Source: Mobula hypostoma
Taxonomy: Eukaryota
Direction: 5' to 3'
DNA: 64,000 nucleotides
Assembly: GCF_963921235.1 (NCBI RefSeq)
Contig: NW_026948219.1
Location: forward strand, 310,001 to 374,000
Position 1 is the first letter of the stretch; each line of letters begins with the position of its first letter. Under the pieces are notes generated by a model, which ran no database searches, was not told the DNA's origin, and saw nothing but the letters and a program-made list of their open reading frames with translations. The position numbers and the translations under genes were made by a program. Shown here one piece after another: positions 11,575 through 24,471 of the stretch.

Positions 11575-13252
11575 TGAATTACAACAATTGTTCACCCTAG
11601 TTTGGCAAAAGAATAAATCAGGGAAGGTAGTGCACCCGTGGCTGACAAGGGAAATTAGGGATAGTATCAATTCCAAAGAAGAAGCATACAAATTAGCCAG
11701 AAAAAGCGGCTCACCTGAGGACTGGGAGAAATTCAGAGTCCAGCAGAGGAGGACAAAGGGCTTAATTAGGGAAGGGGGAAAAAAAAAAAGATGATGGCAG
11801 GGAACTTAAAAACTGACTGTAAAAGCTTTTATAGATATGTGAAAAGAAAAAGATTGGATAAGACAAATGTCGGCCCCCCTACAGACAGAGACAGGTGAAT
11901 TGATTATGGGGAGCAAGGACATGGCAGACCAATTGAATAATTACTTTGGTTCTGTCTTCACTAAGGAGGACATAGATAATCTTCCGGAAATAGTAGGGAA
12001 CAGAGGGTAAAGTGAGATGGAGGAACTGAGGGAAATATATGTTAGTAGGGAAGTGGTGTTAGGTAAATTGAAGGGATTAAAGGCAGATAAATCCCCAGGG
12101 CCAGATGGTCTGCATCCCAGAGTGCTTAAAGAATTAGCCCAAGAAATACTGGATGCATTAGTGATAATTTTTTAAAACTCTTTAGATTCTGGACTAGTTC
12201 CTGAGGATTAGAGGGTGGATAATGTAACCACACTTTTTAAAAAGGAGGGAGAGAGAAACCAGGGAATTATAGACCGGTTAGCCTAACATCGGTAGTGGGG
12301 AAAATGCTAGAGTCAGTTATCAAGGATGTGATAACAGCACATTTGGAAAGCGGTGAAATGATCGGACAAAGTCAGCATGGATTTGTGAAAGGAAAATCAT
12401 GTCTGACGAATCTCATAGAATTTTTTGAGGATGTAACTAGTAGAGTGGATAGGGGAGAACCAGTGGATGTGGTATATTTGGATTTTCAAAAGGCTTTTGA
12501 CAAGGTCCCACATAGGAGATCAGTATGCAAATTTAAAGCACACGGTATTGGGGGTAAGGTATTGGTGTGGGTGGAGAATTGGTTAGCAGACAGGAAGCAG
12601 AGAGTGGGAATAAACGGGACCTTTTCAGAATGGCAGGCAGTGACTAGTGGGGTACCGCAAGGCTCAATGCTGGGACCACAGTTGTTTACAATATATATTA
12701 ATGACTTGGATGAGGGAAGTAAATGCAGCATCTCCACGTTTGCGGATGACACGAAGCTGGGTGGCAGTCTTAGCAGTGAGGAAGATGCTAAGAGGATGCA
12801 GGGTGACTTGGATAGGTTGGGTGAGTGGGCAAATTCATGGCAGATGCAATTTAGTGTGGATGAATGTGAGGTTATCCACATTGTTGGCAAAAACAGGAAA
12901 AGAGATTATTCTTTGAATGGTGGCCGATTAGGAAAAGGGGAGGTGCAACGAGACCTGGGTGTCATTATACACCAGTCATTGAAAGTGGGCATGCAGGTAC
13001 AGCAGGCGGTGAAAAAGGCGAATGGTATGCTGGCATACATAGCAAGAGGATTCGAGTACAGGAGCAGGGAGGTACTACTGCAATTGTACAAGGCGTTGGT
13101 GAGACCACACCTGGAGTATTGTGTGCTGTTTTGGTCCCCTAATCAAAGGAAAAATATCCTTGCCATAGAGGGAGTACAAACAAGGTTCACCAGATTCATT
13201 CTTGGGATGGCAGGACTTTCATATGATGAAAGACTGTATCGACTAGGTTTAT
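11575..13252 (+). mobile_element. CR1 LINE ORF2 (reverse transcriptase), degenerate
   Basis: PWLTREIRD; KADKSPGPDGLHPRVLKE; YLDFQKAFDKVPH; GVPQGSMLGPQLF; FADDTKL; in-frame stops upstream of 12295. Confidence 0.93.
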
Positions 13253-13254
13253 GT

Positions 13255-14305
13255 AAACAACAGGAATTCTGCAGATGCTGTAAATTCAAGCAACACACAT
13301 CAAAGTTGCTGGTGAACGCAGCAGGCCAGGCAGCATCTCTAGGAAGAGGTACGGTCGACGTTTCAGGACGAGACCCTTCGTCAGGACTAACTGAAGAAAG
13401 AGTGAGTAGAGATTTGAAAGTGGGAGGGGGAGGGGGAGATCCAGAATGATAGGAGAAGGCAGGATGGGGAGGGGTGGAGCCAAGAGCTGGACAGGTGATT
13501 GGCAAAAGGGATACGAGAGGATCATGGGACAGGAGGTCCGGGAAGAAAGACAAGGGGTGTGGGGGGAATCCAGTAGATGGGCAAGGGGTATATACAGAGG
13601 GACAGAGGGAGAAAAAGGAGAGTGAGAGAAAGAATGTGTGTATAAAAATAAGTAACAGATGGGGTACGAGGGGGAGGTGGGGCATTAGCGGAAGTTAGAG
13701 AAGTCGATGTTCATGCCATCAGGTTGGAGGCTATGCAGACGGAATATAAGGTGTTGTTCCTCCAACCTGAAGTGTGGCTTCATCTTTACAGTAGAGGAGG
13801 CCGTGGATAGACATGTCAGAATGGGAATGGGATGTGGAATTAAAATGTGTGGCTACTGGGAGATCCTGCTTTCTCGGGCGGACAGAGCGTAGGTGTTCAG
13901 CAAAGCGGTTTGCATACCAAGGGGCTGGAGACTACCTAGACGATATATGAAGTGTTGCTCCTCTAACCTGAGTTGAGCCTCATCATGGCAGTAGAGGAGG
14001 CCATGTATGGACATATCTGAATGGGAATGGGAAGAAAAGTTGAAGTGGGTGGCTACCGGGAGATCCTGCCTGTTGTTGGATGGAGTGGAGGTGCAATCCT
14101 CCGCAACTTCTGCCACCTCCAAAAGGACTCCACCACTAAGCACATATTTCCTTCTTCACCCCTCTCTGCTTTCCGCAGGGATCGGTCCCTCCGCGACTCC
14201 CTTATCCGCACATCCATCCCCACGGATCTCCCACCCGACACTTATCCCTGTAAGCGTAAGTGCTACAGCTGTCCCTACACCTCTATCTCTTGCCACCATT
14301 CAGGG
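13255..14305 (-). mobile_element. Penelope-like element 3' region (GIY-YIG end) with a tandem partial copy and an inverted segment at ~14090-14305
   Basis: Minus-strand HDEAQLRLEEQHFIYRLGSLQPLGM; plus-strand AFRRDRSLRDSL...CKRKCYSCPY; terminal TCTGCAGATGCTG motif and a hammerhead. Confidence 0.85.
13351..13390 (-). ncRNA. Minimal type I hammerhead ribozyme (Penelope-associated)
   Basis: Minus strand AGUC-CUGACGA-AGGG UCUCG UCCU-GAAAC-GUC-GACC: CUGANGA and GAAA cores, stem II, GUC cleavage triplet. Confidence 0.75.
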
Positions 14306-14309
14306 TGTA

Positions 14310-14812
14310 TAAATGGACTGTGCAAGGAAGCTTCACTCATGTCTGATTCCGGTAGTGTGCGCTGAAACAGTGTGGAGGGCGCGTCACCGTGTGTCAGATC
14401 GTGGTAGGGAGTGAGGGGACGATGCGGAGTTAGCTTCAGTCTTTGTCTTACCCGGGGAGTGTGTGATGGGCAGATGTTTTCGCCAGCCGCAGGAGCAAGC
14501 TTTCAAAGATATCCGTGGTGGAGGAGACATCAGCAGCCAGCAACTCCACTGGCTGCTATTGAACTCCCCGCCACTTCTCCAACGAGTAGAAGCAGGGTGA
14601 GCCACGGTCCAAATCCTGCAGCTTTTGGATCCGAGACCTCACGTACGCACCTCGGGACTGCTGGAGCTGCAGTTTCCTTAGTGAGTCCTTCTTCGCCTGG
14701 TATTCCTGCCATAGCTGTTGGTCTCCAGCAGTCGGAACGAGACGGGCCTGCAGGTCAAGCAACGCTCTCTCAAGCAGCTCAATCTCAGACCCCCGCCTCT
14801 TTGTCGACCCCC
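14310..14812 (-). mobile_element. L1/Tx1-type LINE ORF2 fragment (EN-RT linker)
   Basis: ELLERALLDLQ...QSRGAYVRSRIQKLQDLDRGSPCFYSLEK. Confidence 0.75.
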
Positions 14813-14819
14813 TAGTGTA

Positions 14820-15010
14820 CTCCCGCACTCCCAATGGACCCCACCCCTTCCCATTCACTCCCATCGTCCGCACTCCCAATAGACTCCACCCCTTCCCATT
14901 CACTCCGATCGTCCGCACTCCCAATAGACTCCACCCCTTCCCATTCACTCCCACCATCCACACTCCCAGTGGACTCCATTTCTTCCCATTCACTCCCATC
15001 GTGTGCGCTC
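14820..15010. repeat. 45-bp minisatellite, about 4 copies
   Basis: CGCACTCCCAATAGACTCCACCCCTTCCCATTCACTCCCATCGTC repeated. Confidence 0.9.
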
Positions 15011-15339
15011 TCAGTGGGACCTCTTTCCGTTCATTTCCAACGGGACTGAGATCCTGGAAATTAGCGGGTGTCACCTGAATTCCCCGTTTTCCACAGGAGC
15101 TGGAGATGAGGATGTCGGCATGGTCTCCAGTGTTTACGATATATTTATTATTTGTAATAAATAGTCTGCGCAATCGAGTGGAGGGTGGTCGAGCGTGTCT
15201 GTTCTTCGAGGGGCTCCTGATTAGAAATGGTGAATGAGGAGGGAACGACGCAAGGATGCAAAAGACGGAGTGAAAGGCTCACTGAACATGGGCTCCAAGG
15301 AGGAATCCATGGGATGCACGTAAATTAGTGTCACGGAGT

Positions 15340-17250
15340 GAACTGAAAGTCGTCACTGTTGTATAAATGGTCACTCGGGAGGCAGTCACGAACGGAGTTG
15401 AGATGTCCGGGGTCACATACTTTAATGTAGCCGGCAGGGAGGCAGTGATACACTGACACGACAGGGGGAGTAACAAGCCGAGTTAAAATGGCCGACAGGG
15501 TGGATATGATTAATCGAAAATGTTCTCCAGTTCGACAGTTGTGTGCTGATTAAAATGGGAGACAGGGAGGGATTAAAGCCAGAATATAAAATTATCAGCG
15601 GGGAGAGAGTGACATGACATTGTCACCGGGGAGGGAGTGACTCGCGGATTGAAATTGGTTACCCGGGAAGGAGGGATACACTGACGCCAGGAACGGAGAG
15701 CCACACTGACAAGTCAGAAGGAATGGCGGACTGACCGGAAATAGTCGCTGTCTCCTTCGTTATAATGGCCGACTCGGAGGGAGTGACGTAAAGCAGACGA
15801 CAGGAGGTGAGGGCCCCACCGGGACAAAATGGCCAAAACGGATGGAGTGACACATTAATGGGTCGATTTAAAATTGTCGACTGGGAAGGAGTGACGGTCT
15901 GACCTCACCTGGCTGCTGACGGGGCGAGAGTTCCTGTAACAAAATGGCGACCAACATGGATAAGATAATAGCGGGGAGAGGAGGAGCGGAAGGACAGTTA
16001 GGTAGTGGAGTTATGGGATGGTGAGGAGAGGGACGGTGGTGAGTGTGGGTGAGTGAGTGTGCAGGATGGGTGGGTGGTGAGAGTGCTTTCTTCCGAGATC
16101 ACCCGCTGACCAGCATAAGATGGACGGCAGCAAGTTGGGGTGGGTGGGGGGAGGGAGCAGGGGAAAAGGGAGACTGATGGGGTCGGTAACGCGGTCAGGG
16201 TTGATGGGACAGAGTGCTGAGCACCTGATCCCCTCCACGCCATTATTCCCCTTCCCCCTTCTTTGATTGAGTCACTGCTCGACTGTCACTGTCCCTTCAC
16301 TCCTCAGCCGGTCCCTTTACTCCTGAAACACTCGGCTCTCCGACCCTTCGCTATCCTCTCTATCGTCGCCATCTTGTCCCGGCTGGCACCGAGCGAGTTG
16401 CTTAATGACGGAGGGAAGTTGCGGGAGGGGCAGCGAAAGTTCCCATCAGAAAATATTCCCCACCCAGGATGCGGTAACGCCGGAGAGAGGGCGAGGTTCC
16501 AGGGAGTGGGGAGTGACGGGACTCATGGGAATAATAAGGGAGCGGGCGGCAGAGGGGCGGAGTGCTGGGAGAGAGGGGTGAAAATTGGCATCACGAAAAG
16601 TCTGTCAACCAGGGAAAGATGCACAACATTGAGGCGGTGTGTGGAGGGGTGAGGGAGGGTACTGGTTTGCAAGTGACCGGCGCGAAGGAAAGTGACGCCG
16701 GTGAACGTGAGGGAGTGACTCACCTACTGGCGGAGAGGTGGGTGGGAGGGTGGCACTTTCGGTCACAAATGGCTGCTGGCAGAAGTTTAGACGGACGGCT
16801 GAGCCAGGGGAGCGATGGAAAGCAGAGTATGGATGGGGTAGTTGGAATTGCATAAAGAGGGAGAGGAGCGTGTGGACGGGGAAAGTCAGGCAGTAACTCA
16901 TTCTACGATAGTAGGGGAACCCAGCCCAAAATGGCCGTCAGACAGGATGAGATGGAGGCGATAGAGGGGTTAGCGAGTGGACAGAGAGCGGTGTGTTTCA
17001 GGAGTAACGGGACGCAGAGATGAGTGACAGGACTGTGAGCGTGGGCAGGTGTCTCACTCAAAGAAGGAGGAAGGCAATAATAGGGTGAAGGAGATCAGGA
17101 GTGACGGGACGGTGAGGGTGGGGCACTGACTAAGGAAGGGGGAATGGGGGAGGGATGAAGGTACGGCCAGATTCCCGTCACAAAATGAGAACTGGCTGAG
17201 AATGCGATGCGTGACGAGTAAAGACGAGCCGATGGTGACGGGATGGCCAG
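15340..17250. repeat. Highly decayed repeat tract rich in AAAATGGC and GAGTGAC motifs
   Basis: Degenerate unit approximately AAAATGGCCGACNGGGAGGGAGTGAC recurring irregularly. Confidence 0.5.
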
Positions 17251-18310
17251 GGCGAGGTGAGTGGGTGGGGGTCAACTCACACCATGGCTGGAGCTGGGGT
17301 ACATAACGGGAGGAAGGTGGTTACGAGGAGAGACTGGAATCCTTACCCCGTCTCCAAATCCCGCTCTACTATTCTGCTGTCCTTCTCAGGCCGTTCGACG
17401 CAACTGCATCAGGCTGTCCCATGGGGTGAGGAAGGGATCGTCACAGCGTTCCGTCAAAGGCTGGAGTGGAGGCGTGTATTCTGGAGAAGGTGGACGCGAG
17501 GTCTGTAGTTGCGGACTGGTTGGTGTGGGTGACAACAATCCACTGCAGGGGGAGATGGGGGACGGTCAGAGATCGCGGAGCAGAATGGTGAAAAAGAACG
17601 CGTGGAGAGAGGGGACAGGATATAAAACCACCATCACCCCGGTGTCAGCTATCACCCCACTTCCCTCCCCCTTACTCGCTTCCTCTCCACCGTCCCACTC
17701 CCCTCGCCCCTTTCTTCATCACACCCTTCTCTCATATCTCTCTCTCTCTCCATTTCTATCACCCTCTCTCTCTTCCATCTCTCTCCCCATCACTGTTTTG
17801 TATCTCCGCCCTCCTTCACTCTTCTCTCCCCACGTGCACCGCGTGCACGCAAAGATCCCACTCACACAGCTTCTGCCGTGAATCATTCGATGTTCTCGCA
17901 ATTGACGATGGAGATGAGGACGGGCATCACCAGATATTCGGAAACAGCTCATCACAAAAGTCACCGTGAACCCGCTCACGATCCTGTGTGTGTGTGGGGG
18001 GGGGGGGTTGGGGTGGGAGTCGGGAGAGGTTGGAGGGGGAGATGGAGCGGAGGGACTCGGCGGGGAGAATGGAGGGAGGGATAGACCGAGAGGCAGAGAG
18101 GGTGGGGGTGGAATAGAGAGATATCGTAAGATACGGTAGATGGGGAGCGAGCTGGGAGAGAGGAAGGTGGGGAAGAAGGGAGAGAGAGTGTGAGAATGGT
18201 TTAAGTGAACGTTGAGACAGATCTAGAGGAAGAGGGATGGGGAGACAGAGGGAGAGTGGGGTTAAAAGACAGAGAAAGAGATAGAGGTGAGAATGGAGTG
18301 TCCTATCCAC

Positions 18311-19440
18311 TGTGTGGGCGTTATTAGTCTGTCCTGTGACATCAGGGGATTGGTCGATGTCGCCGGCTTCTCCATCTATCGATCCCCGTTTGACCTACTA
18401 ACTCTGTGCGTGTGAACATGTTCTTTTTTCTGCGTGATTACGAGTCAAGCAGACCTTTTCGGCTGCACTGGACACGATTAATGTTCTTACGTCAAACAGT
18501 GGTGACGGGGATGGGATCTGTGACACTCGCTCTTTTGGAATCGATGTTCACATTTGAACAATGACCATCATTGGACAAGTTCAGGAATATTATGATTCAC
18601 AGACCACGGGAAGGTTTACGTTGAACGTTTTGACTAGCTTTCCCCAGCAAACAACATCACCGAGCCCAATCAAAATGTTACCACCTTGCTCAGTTTTTGC
18701 CGTCCGGAAAACATACAATATCGTCCGAAGTTTGATGAATTCCGATTTGCTCTCTTCGAAATCTTATGAGGAATTTCTGAGGTTTGATCTCATTACAATC
18801 CTAAACCATTGGATATTGTGCAGCGCGTTAGATTCAGCTCTCGTTTTCAGTTAGAAAACGAATCAATAGCAACGCTTTTTGCTGAATTAAGAAAACTGAC
18901 TGAACTTTGTGTTTACGTTGCTGTTCGAGAAGTTATGATACGAGTTCGCTCAGTCGTCGGCGTGATGTTCGCATTCAGCGTCGCTTATCGGCAGAATCAG
19001 AGCTCTCACTTCAGTCAGCTTTTGATATCGCAAATGGCATGCAAGCGGCAGATTAAAACGCAGTTTTGTCGCAAGAGTGCCAAGTACAAAGAGCGGTGAC
19101 ATCTCCATCACCTACAACTGCCGCAGATTGTACTGACGCTGACAAAGTGCCCCCAGCTAAGAATCAGAAGAATTGTACTCCGGGTTTTCCGATGTTACCT
19201 TTGCGCTGAATTTCACCGGAAGCCTCCTGACTGTTGACACCGAGACTTATTCCGCTTTACTTGCCAAAGAAAGGACACTTGACCAGAGTTTGCCGATCTC
19301 GACCTCCATCCAAACCAAAACGTCCCACAGCATCTGATCTCTTCTTATTGATCATGACGTGTCTGACCAAGCTACGTTCTGGACAATGGGAACCAACGTC
19401 CACTTTCCTCGGGTGTTGATAGTGGGACACTCATCAAATC
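18311..19440 (+). mobile_element. Ancient Gypsy-type LTR element: short LTR, PBS-like site and decayed gag
   Basis: TG...CA segment ending ~18498 followed by GTGGTGACGGGGAT; RFSSRFQLENESIATLFAELRKLTELC; knuckle remnant CQRKGHLTRVC. Confidence 0.65.
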
Positions 19441-19489
19441 CAATGCAAAAAAGAGGTGTTGAAATTCACTGTTGATGTATGTCACCATT

Positions 19490-20600
19490 CCATAAATGCG
19501 GTGCGATCTGAAAGCTCGAAAGCGCTGGACGCTGCTGCCTTGAAAGCCGGATCCAGCCGTCGGGGTCCGGGTTGGAGACCCGAGGACGAGCCAATTGCCG
19601 GCGCGGACATAGAGGCGATTCTATGTGGCGGAACAGAGGCGAGCGGAGGCGAGGCAGAGACCGGCCCCGCGCCCGACAGCGAGGACCGATCCGAGATTTG
19701 ATCGATTTTAAAGTGGGGCCGAATTGGAAAGATCGGAACGAGCAGAATCGAGGCGGTGAGACCAGGCTGGAGAGAGTATCGAAGCAGCAGGGCCCGGCTC
19801 CGAAAGCGAGGAACGACGCGATGTTCGGACGTTTTCAACGACGGACCAGATGGCCAGATTGGGCGATAGACGGGACGCTTCGGCTCGGTGCTCCGCGACG
19901 TTTTCTCGGCGCTACGTTCAACAGAGGCAGGGACATGTTCTTGAATCGGTTGCTGCAATACCTGGCTTCCGAACTGTGGGGGGACTCAATTTTCTCAACT
20001 TCAGTTCTAAATGTTATTTGGTAAAGTTTATCGTTTGAAACTTTGGTCTTTTTGGTTTATTTTCTCTCCGCACATCTGGCATTTGACGATTTTCTTTCTT
20101 AACCGGTTCTATTGGTTTTCTTTGTTTTGTGGTTATTTGTAAGGAGACGAATCTAATTGTTGAAAGAGTATAATAAATGCACTTTGTATTTTGAACTGTA
20201 AACAGGTACGTCTTCCTCGACGGGTCAGCAGAGGAAAGTCCGAGGAGCCTCCATTTCCCGTGGATCCACAGCTCTGTAGGTGATGAGTTGGAGATGAAGA
20301 ATTGATGCAATTACGGAAAAGTCTGAGAAGATTTGTGATGTACCCCGGACAGTGTGCGGGCTGTTGCATCCCGTCAGGTGTGGAGGCGCTAATGCAGAAG
20401 ATCGGAAAAAGCCACAACGTGTTGTAAAGTCAGTCAGCTCCAGCAAAGGCATCAGGCTCCCCGCCATATTCAGAAAGCAATGTCTGAAGAGACGGCATCC
20501 ATCATTGAGGACCCTGAAGATCCGGAACACTTTGCATTGCTGACATCAGTAAGCAGGTACCTGGTCACAAGACACACCCTGAACGTTTCACTAACACATG
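19490..20600 (+). mobile_element. Unclassified GC-rich repeat with AATAAA tail (~20200), followed by a Rex1/Babar LINE 3' relic
   Basis: Tail AATAAATGCACTTTGTATTTTGAAC; decayed DRKKPQRVVKS...RKQCLKR. Confidence 0.5.
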
Positions 20601-20619
20601 ATCGCATAATGCATACAGC

Positions 20620-21200
20620 AATGTGGCATCGTAGACACTCGGTTGTGCCCACGTTTTAGTCCATTCCAAGATCAATCTGACCCTTTCCTACTACATCGCC
20701 CTCATCTTTCCCATTCATCCACCTGCCTATCTGAGAGTCTGTGGAATGTCCATAACGGAAATGACGCCACGCCGCTGATTACAGAGCGTCACACGTACAC
20801 ACCCCTCAGTGTGTAAAAGAAATGCCCCCGCCATCACCACAATACCTTCCGCCCAACTCCATAAAGTTATGTCTCCGTGTATTCGCCATTTCCGCCTGGG
20901 AAACATACAGTATCTCTTGCTGTACAATCGACCGCTGCCTCTTATCATTGTGTACACCTTCCCAACATCACAGCTCATTTTCTGTCCTCCTAAAGCAAAA
21001 CCTTAGCTCGGTCAACCGCTCTTCATAATCCTGGCGTCATCGCAGTGAATCTCCTCTGCTCGATCTCTAACGATTCGACATCCTTCCTACAATGTGACCA
21101 CCGGAACGGAACAGAGGACAGGAAGTGCGGATTCAGCGGGGTTTTCTAGGGCTACAAAATTATTTCACGGCTCTTACCCTCATTCCTCCCTCTAACGAAG
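20620..21200 (-). mobile_element. Old CR1 LINE 3' end
   Basis: Similar to the younger CR1 tails in this window (e.g. 53950-54430). Confidence 0.55.
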
Positions 21201-21998
21201 ACCACCGCAGCCTCTGCCTTCTGCGGCCAAACCAATTCTGAATCCACACGGGTAATTTCCCCTGGAATTCGTGCCTCCTACCGTCCTGAGTGAGCTTATC
21301 GTTGGGCGAACATATCATACTATAATCCATATTCACAACCTCCAGTCCTCGGTTTTAATCAGTCTGTCTTGCCAATTCCTCACGGTATTCAATCATCTTC
21401 ATGAGACATGTTCTGCTCTTCTGAAAGTCCTGCCGACTATCCCTAATCAGACTGTGCTTCGGCAAATCAATAGGATACAATGGAACTGTATTGTCATGGC
21501 TGAAGACAACAAAATGGCGGCGCTGCTCCAGACCGCGCTAAACAGATATTTGCAATGCGTGCGGTCCGGATTCATTCAAACAAGAAAGAACCTGTATTTA
21601 CATACACAAATGATTTCAGTGACACTCAAAGGCCATTGGCAAGGCAGGGTGTTGCTTTATTCAGCACAACAACGGCCCTCGGGATGAAGTTATTTCCGTC
21701 TAATGCCATGGCGAAGATGTTTCCCTCTCTCCTACCAGAGGGCAGGAAATTAACCAGACAGTGTCAGGGATCGGATAGGTCTTTACTGTTGCCGTGGGCA
21801 TCCAGAGTCCAATTGTCTCCTGGTCCGGTAGTTCGGAGCCGTCCTAATCAACCCTTTGAGTGGTTTGCAATCTGTCTCGCTGCATCTGGAGCACAGCACT
21901 GCCATTCCGTGTGTCAGTCTGCTCTCTATCGCACATAAAATGTTGACCAGCTATTTCTGAGACAGATTAGCTCTCCCTAATCACCTCATATAGTATAG

Positions 21999-22375
21999 TC
22001 ACTGTTGTGCTTTCGCTGCTAACGAGGTTTTGCTGACGGGCCGAGAGAGCTCCTCAGTGATATTCATCCCCAAAAACCTGAACCTCTGAACGCTCCCCAT
22101 TACTTCACCATTCAGGGATAGGGGGCTTTCGACACTTCTTGCATTTTTGAAGTCGATTACCATTTCTATTGTCTTCTTAATGCTGGTCGAAGTTTGAGGT
22201 TCACCCTCTCTATATACAGATTCATCAGCCTCTGTGATGAGGCCAGTCACTGTTGTGACCTCTGCGACTATGATGACTGAGTTTGTAGCAGAAGCGGGAG
22301 GGCAGTCATGGGCGAAGCGAGAGAGTAGAGACGTGGCTCTGTACACACCACTGCGAGACACCTGCGCTGAAGTTT
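21999..22375 (-). mobile_element. Rex1/Babar LINE RT fragment
   Basis: TTVTGLITEADESVYR...KKTIEMVIDF...FRFLGMNITEELS...AKAQQ. Confidence 0.75.
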
Positions 22376-22479
22376 TGGGGGTTTGATGCGCACTTGCTTA
22401 GTTTCCTCGTTTGGGTACGATGAGTGAGTTCCAATTACAGGTTGATGTGCCGAGACTTCTGGAGCTACTAAACGTCATC

Positions 22480-23450
22480 TCCAGAAATTCTCCCCAATTA
22501 TCCCCATCTCTGAAGTAAGTAATTGGTCTATCATTCCAAGGGTTAATCCTGGTACGTTTCTTGAACAAAATAATGATATTTGTCAGAACCTCCCACCGTC
22601 TAATCCTTCGCACCTATTCCTGTCCAGTGAGGACGCACATGTCATGACCAAAGCCGAGGCAATCTCTTCCTACGCATCCATTAGTAACATGTGCGATATT
22701 TCTTTCGGTCTCGGGGTCTTATCTATCCTCATGCTCTTCAAAATCTCCAATGCATCTTCCTTCGAAACCTTGACATATTCCAGTATATCAGGCTGTTCTC
22801 GCTGCCCCCACATTCATCAAGTTCCCTCTGGGATTCCTACTCTGTGGTCTACGGAGTCCTGGCTTAATAGTGCTGATCCACGGCATCAGATCTGTCGGGA
22901 AGCTCTGCACTGGTGAATACTGGAGCAAAACATTCATTACCGACCCGCACTACCGCCCCCGTCACCAGGCGCATGTTTCTTTCCTCTTGTATCCTTCATC
23001 GCTTCTACCCTCTCGTCCTCCTGTTCTCCTCCTCGCCAATGCACACTCCTAACACTAATGTCCGCTGTTTGGCTCCATCTTGACGACCTCGTAACTCTCC
23101 AGAACCCTCTCTGATGATTTCGGCTTCTTAACCCTTAAGCATGCTTCTTTCTTCCTCGGGAATGGATATTCCTCATCTCGTCACAGCCGTGACCACTTCG
23201 AGTTAGCATACTTTCCCTACCTCAGCGGGACAAACCTTCCCAGAACGCCAAGCAAGGGCGCCCGAAACAACCTTCACATTTCTGTTGGGCATTTCCCTGA
23301 ACGCATCCGTTCCCAGTTCACATCCCCAGGGTCCTGCCTCAGAGCGTCATGATGGGTACTCCCGCAAATTAAACACGTCCCAATATATTCTGCTCATATC
23401 CTTGTCCATGGCTCTGTAAAAGTTCAGGGAGTTGTCGTCAGTATCTCCAA
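22480..23450 (-). mobile_element. Decayed CR1 fragments, with a possible small hAT-type MITE at ~22829-22906
   Basis: INPWNDRPI (NPGNYRPV-like) and other CR1 ORF2 remnants; short insert with imperfect terminal inverted repeats. Confidence 0.5.
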
Positions 23451-24154
23451 AATACTCGCTAAGCCTCGTATATCTTAGTTGAGTTTATTCTCTTCAAGCA
23501 TCGGCTTTCTAAATTATTTCTAAACTTTTCTAAATTAAACAATACTACGTCACTGTTCGCATTCTTTTGGCGCTCCCTCTCTTGTTTATTTATTTATTGT
23601 TTATTTCGGTGCTTTTGGACGTATTGCACTGTACACACATTTCACGGCATTTACTGGAGACAGTAAACGTGATGCTGGTTCCGATTCTGATGATGGAAAT
23701 GAGGAGCCGGTGATGATCCATAATATGCACCGTCATTTACTGAGACCGTATTCGGAGCCGGAAAACCCGATGCACATTCGGTATCGGGAATATTTGTCAC
23801 AGAGGTTATTATAGAGATTTTTAACCTTCAATGTCAAAAAGCGGGAATTACTTCAATACATTCCGTGCTGCCCTTGTCAATCTTGCCCGCACACTGGGCT
23901 GCTGAGTTCACTGTGACTGAAGAAGTATGGACAAAGTTGGAATAAGGTGATGGAATCCGTGTGGTCTACAATGACACTGGGCAAATAACGCAGACTGTGC
24001 AGGCCCGCTGTAAAGTTCATATAATGTGGGATTGGTTTCAGGATAAATTGTGAGATCGCTCAGAGCTAACATTTGCTTTGAGAGATATGGAGCGAGATAT
24101 CACACAATTAATATAAAACAAAATGAATGTGAAGGCAACAATAGAAGCAGATAC

Positions 24155-24229
24155 GAGAAAATCTGCAGATGCTGGAAATTCAAGCAACATACATAAAATG
24201 CTGGTGGAACGCAGCATTTTGTGTGTGTT
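24155..24229. repeat. Fold-back derivative of a Penelope terminus
   Basis: TCTGCAGATGCTGGAAATTCAAGC, then arms AACATACATAAAATGCTG / CAGCATTTTGTGTGTGTT. Confidence 0.7.
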
Positions 24230-24464
24230 AATATAAGTAGGTGATAGGTCATGACTGGCATTTCAATCCTGAGTGCGGGGAACAGCTTTAAAAACTTTCT
24301 GATTGTCTACTTTACTAGACGGTGTTATGGACTGAGCTTTAAGTATTCCCCGCGGTGCCGAGAGAACACAGAAGTAGAAACGGCGCCTTGTTTGTTAACT
24401 GACTGTAACTAACCCGAGTTATTGTGCAACCTCTGTGTTTCTCTCACCGGGGTATAGATTAATG

Positions 24465-24471
24465 TATAAAA
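24465..24471 (+). promoter_or_regulatory. TATA box of the GPCR gene
   Basis: GTATAAAAGGGC ~80 nt upstream of the ATG at 24546, which has a good Kozak context (AAAATGG). Confidence 0.7.

Noticed and set aside
12295-13449. 384-aa ORF as a functional RT gene
   Set aside because: CR1 fragment with upstream stops; its C-terminus reads into an inserted Penelope end.
17650-18310. ORFs in the CT-rich and GA-rich tracts
   Set aside because: Low-complexity sequence with no domain signal.
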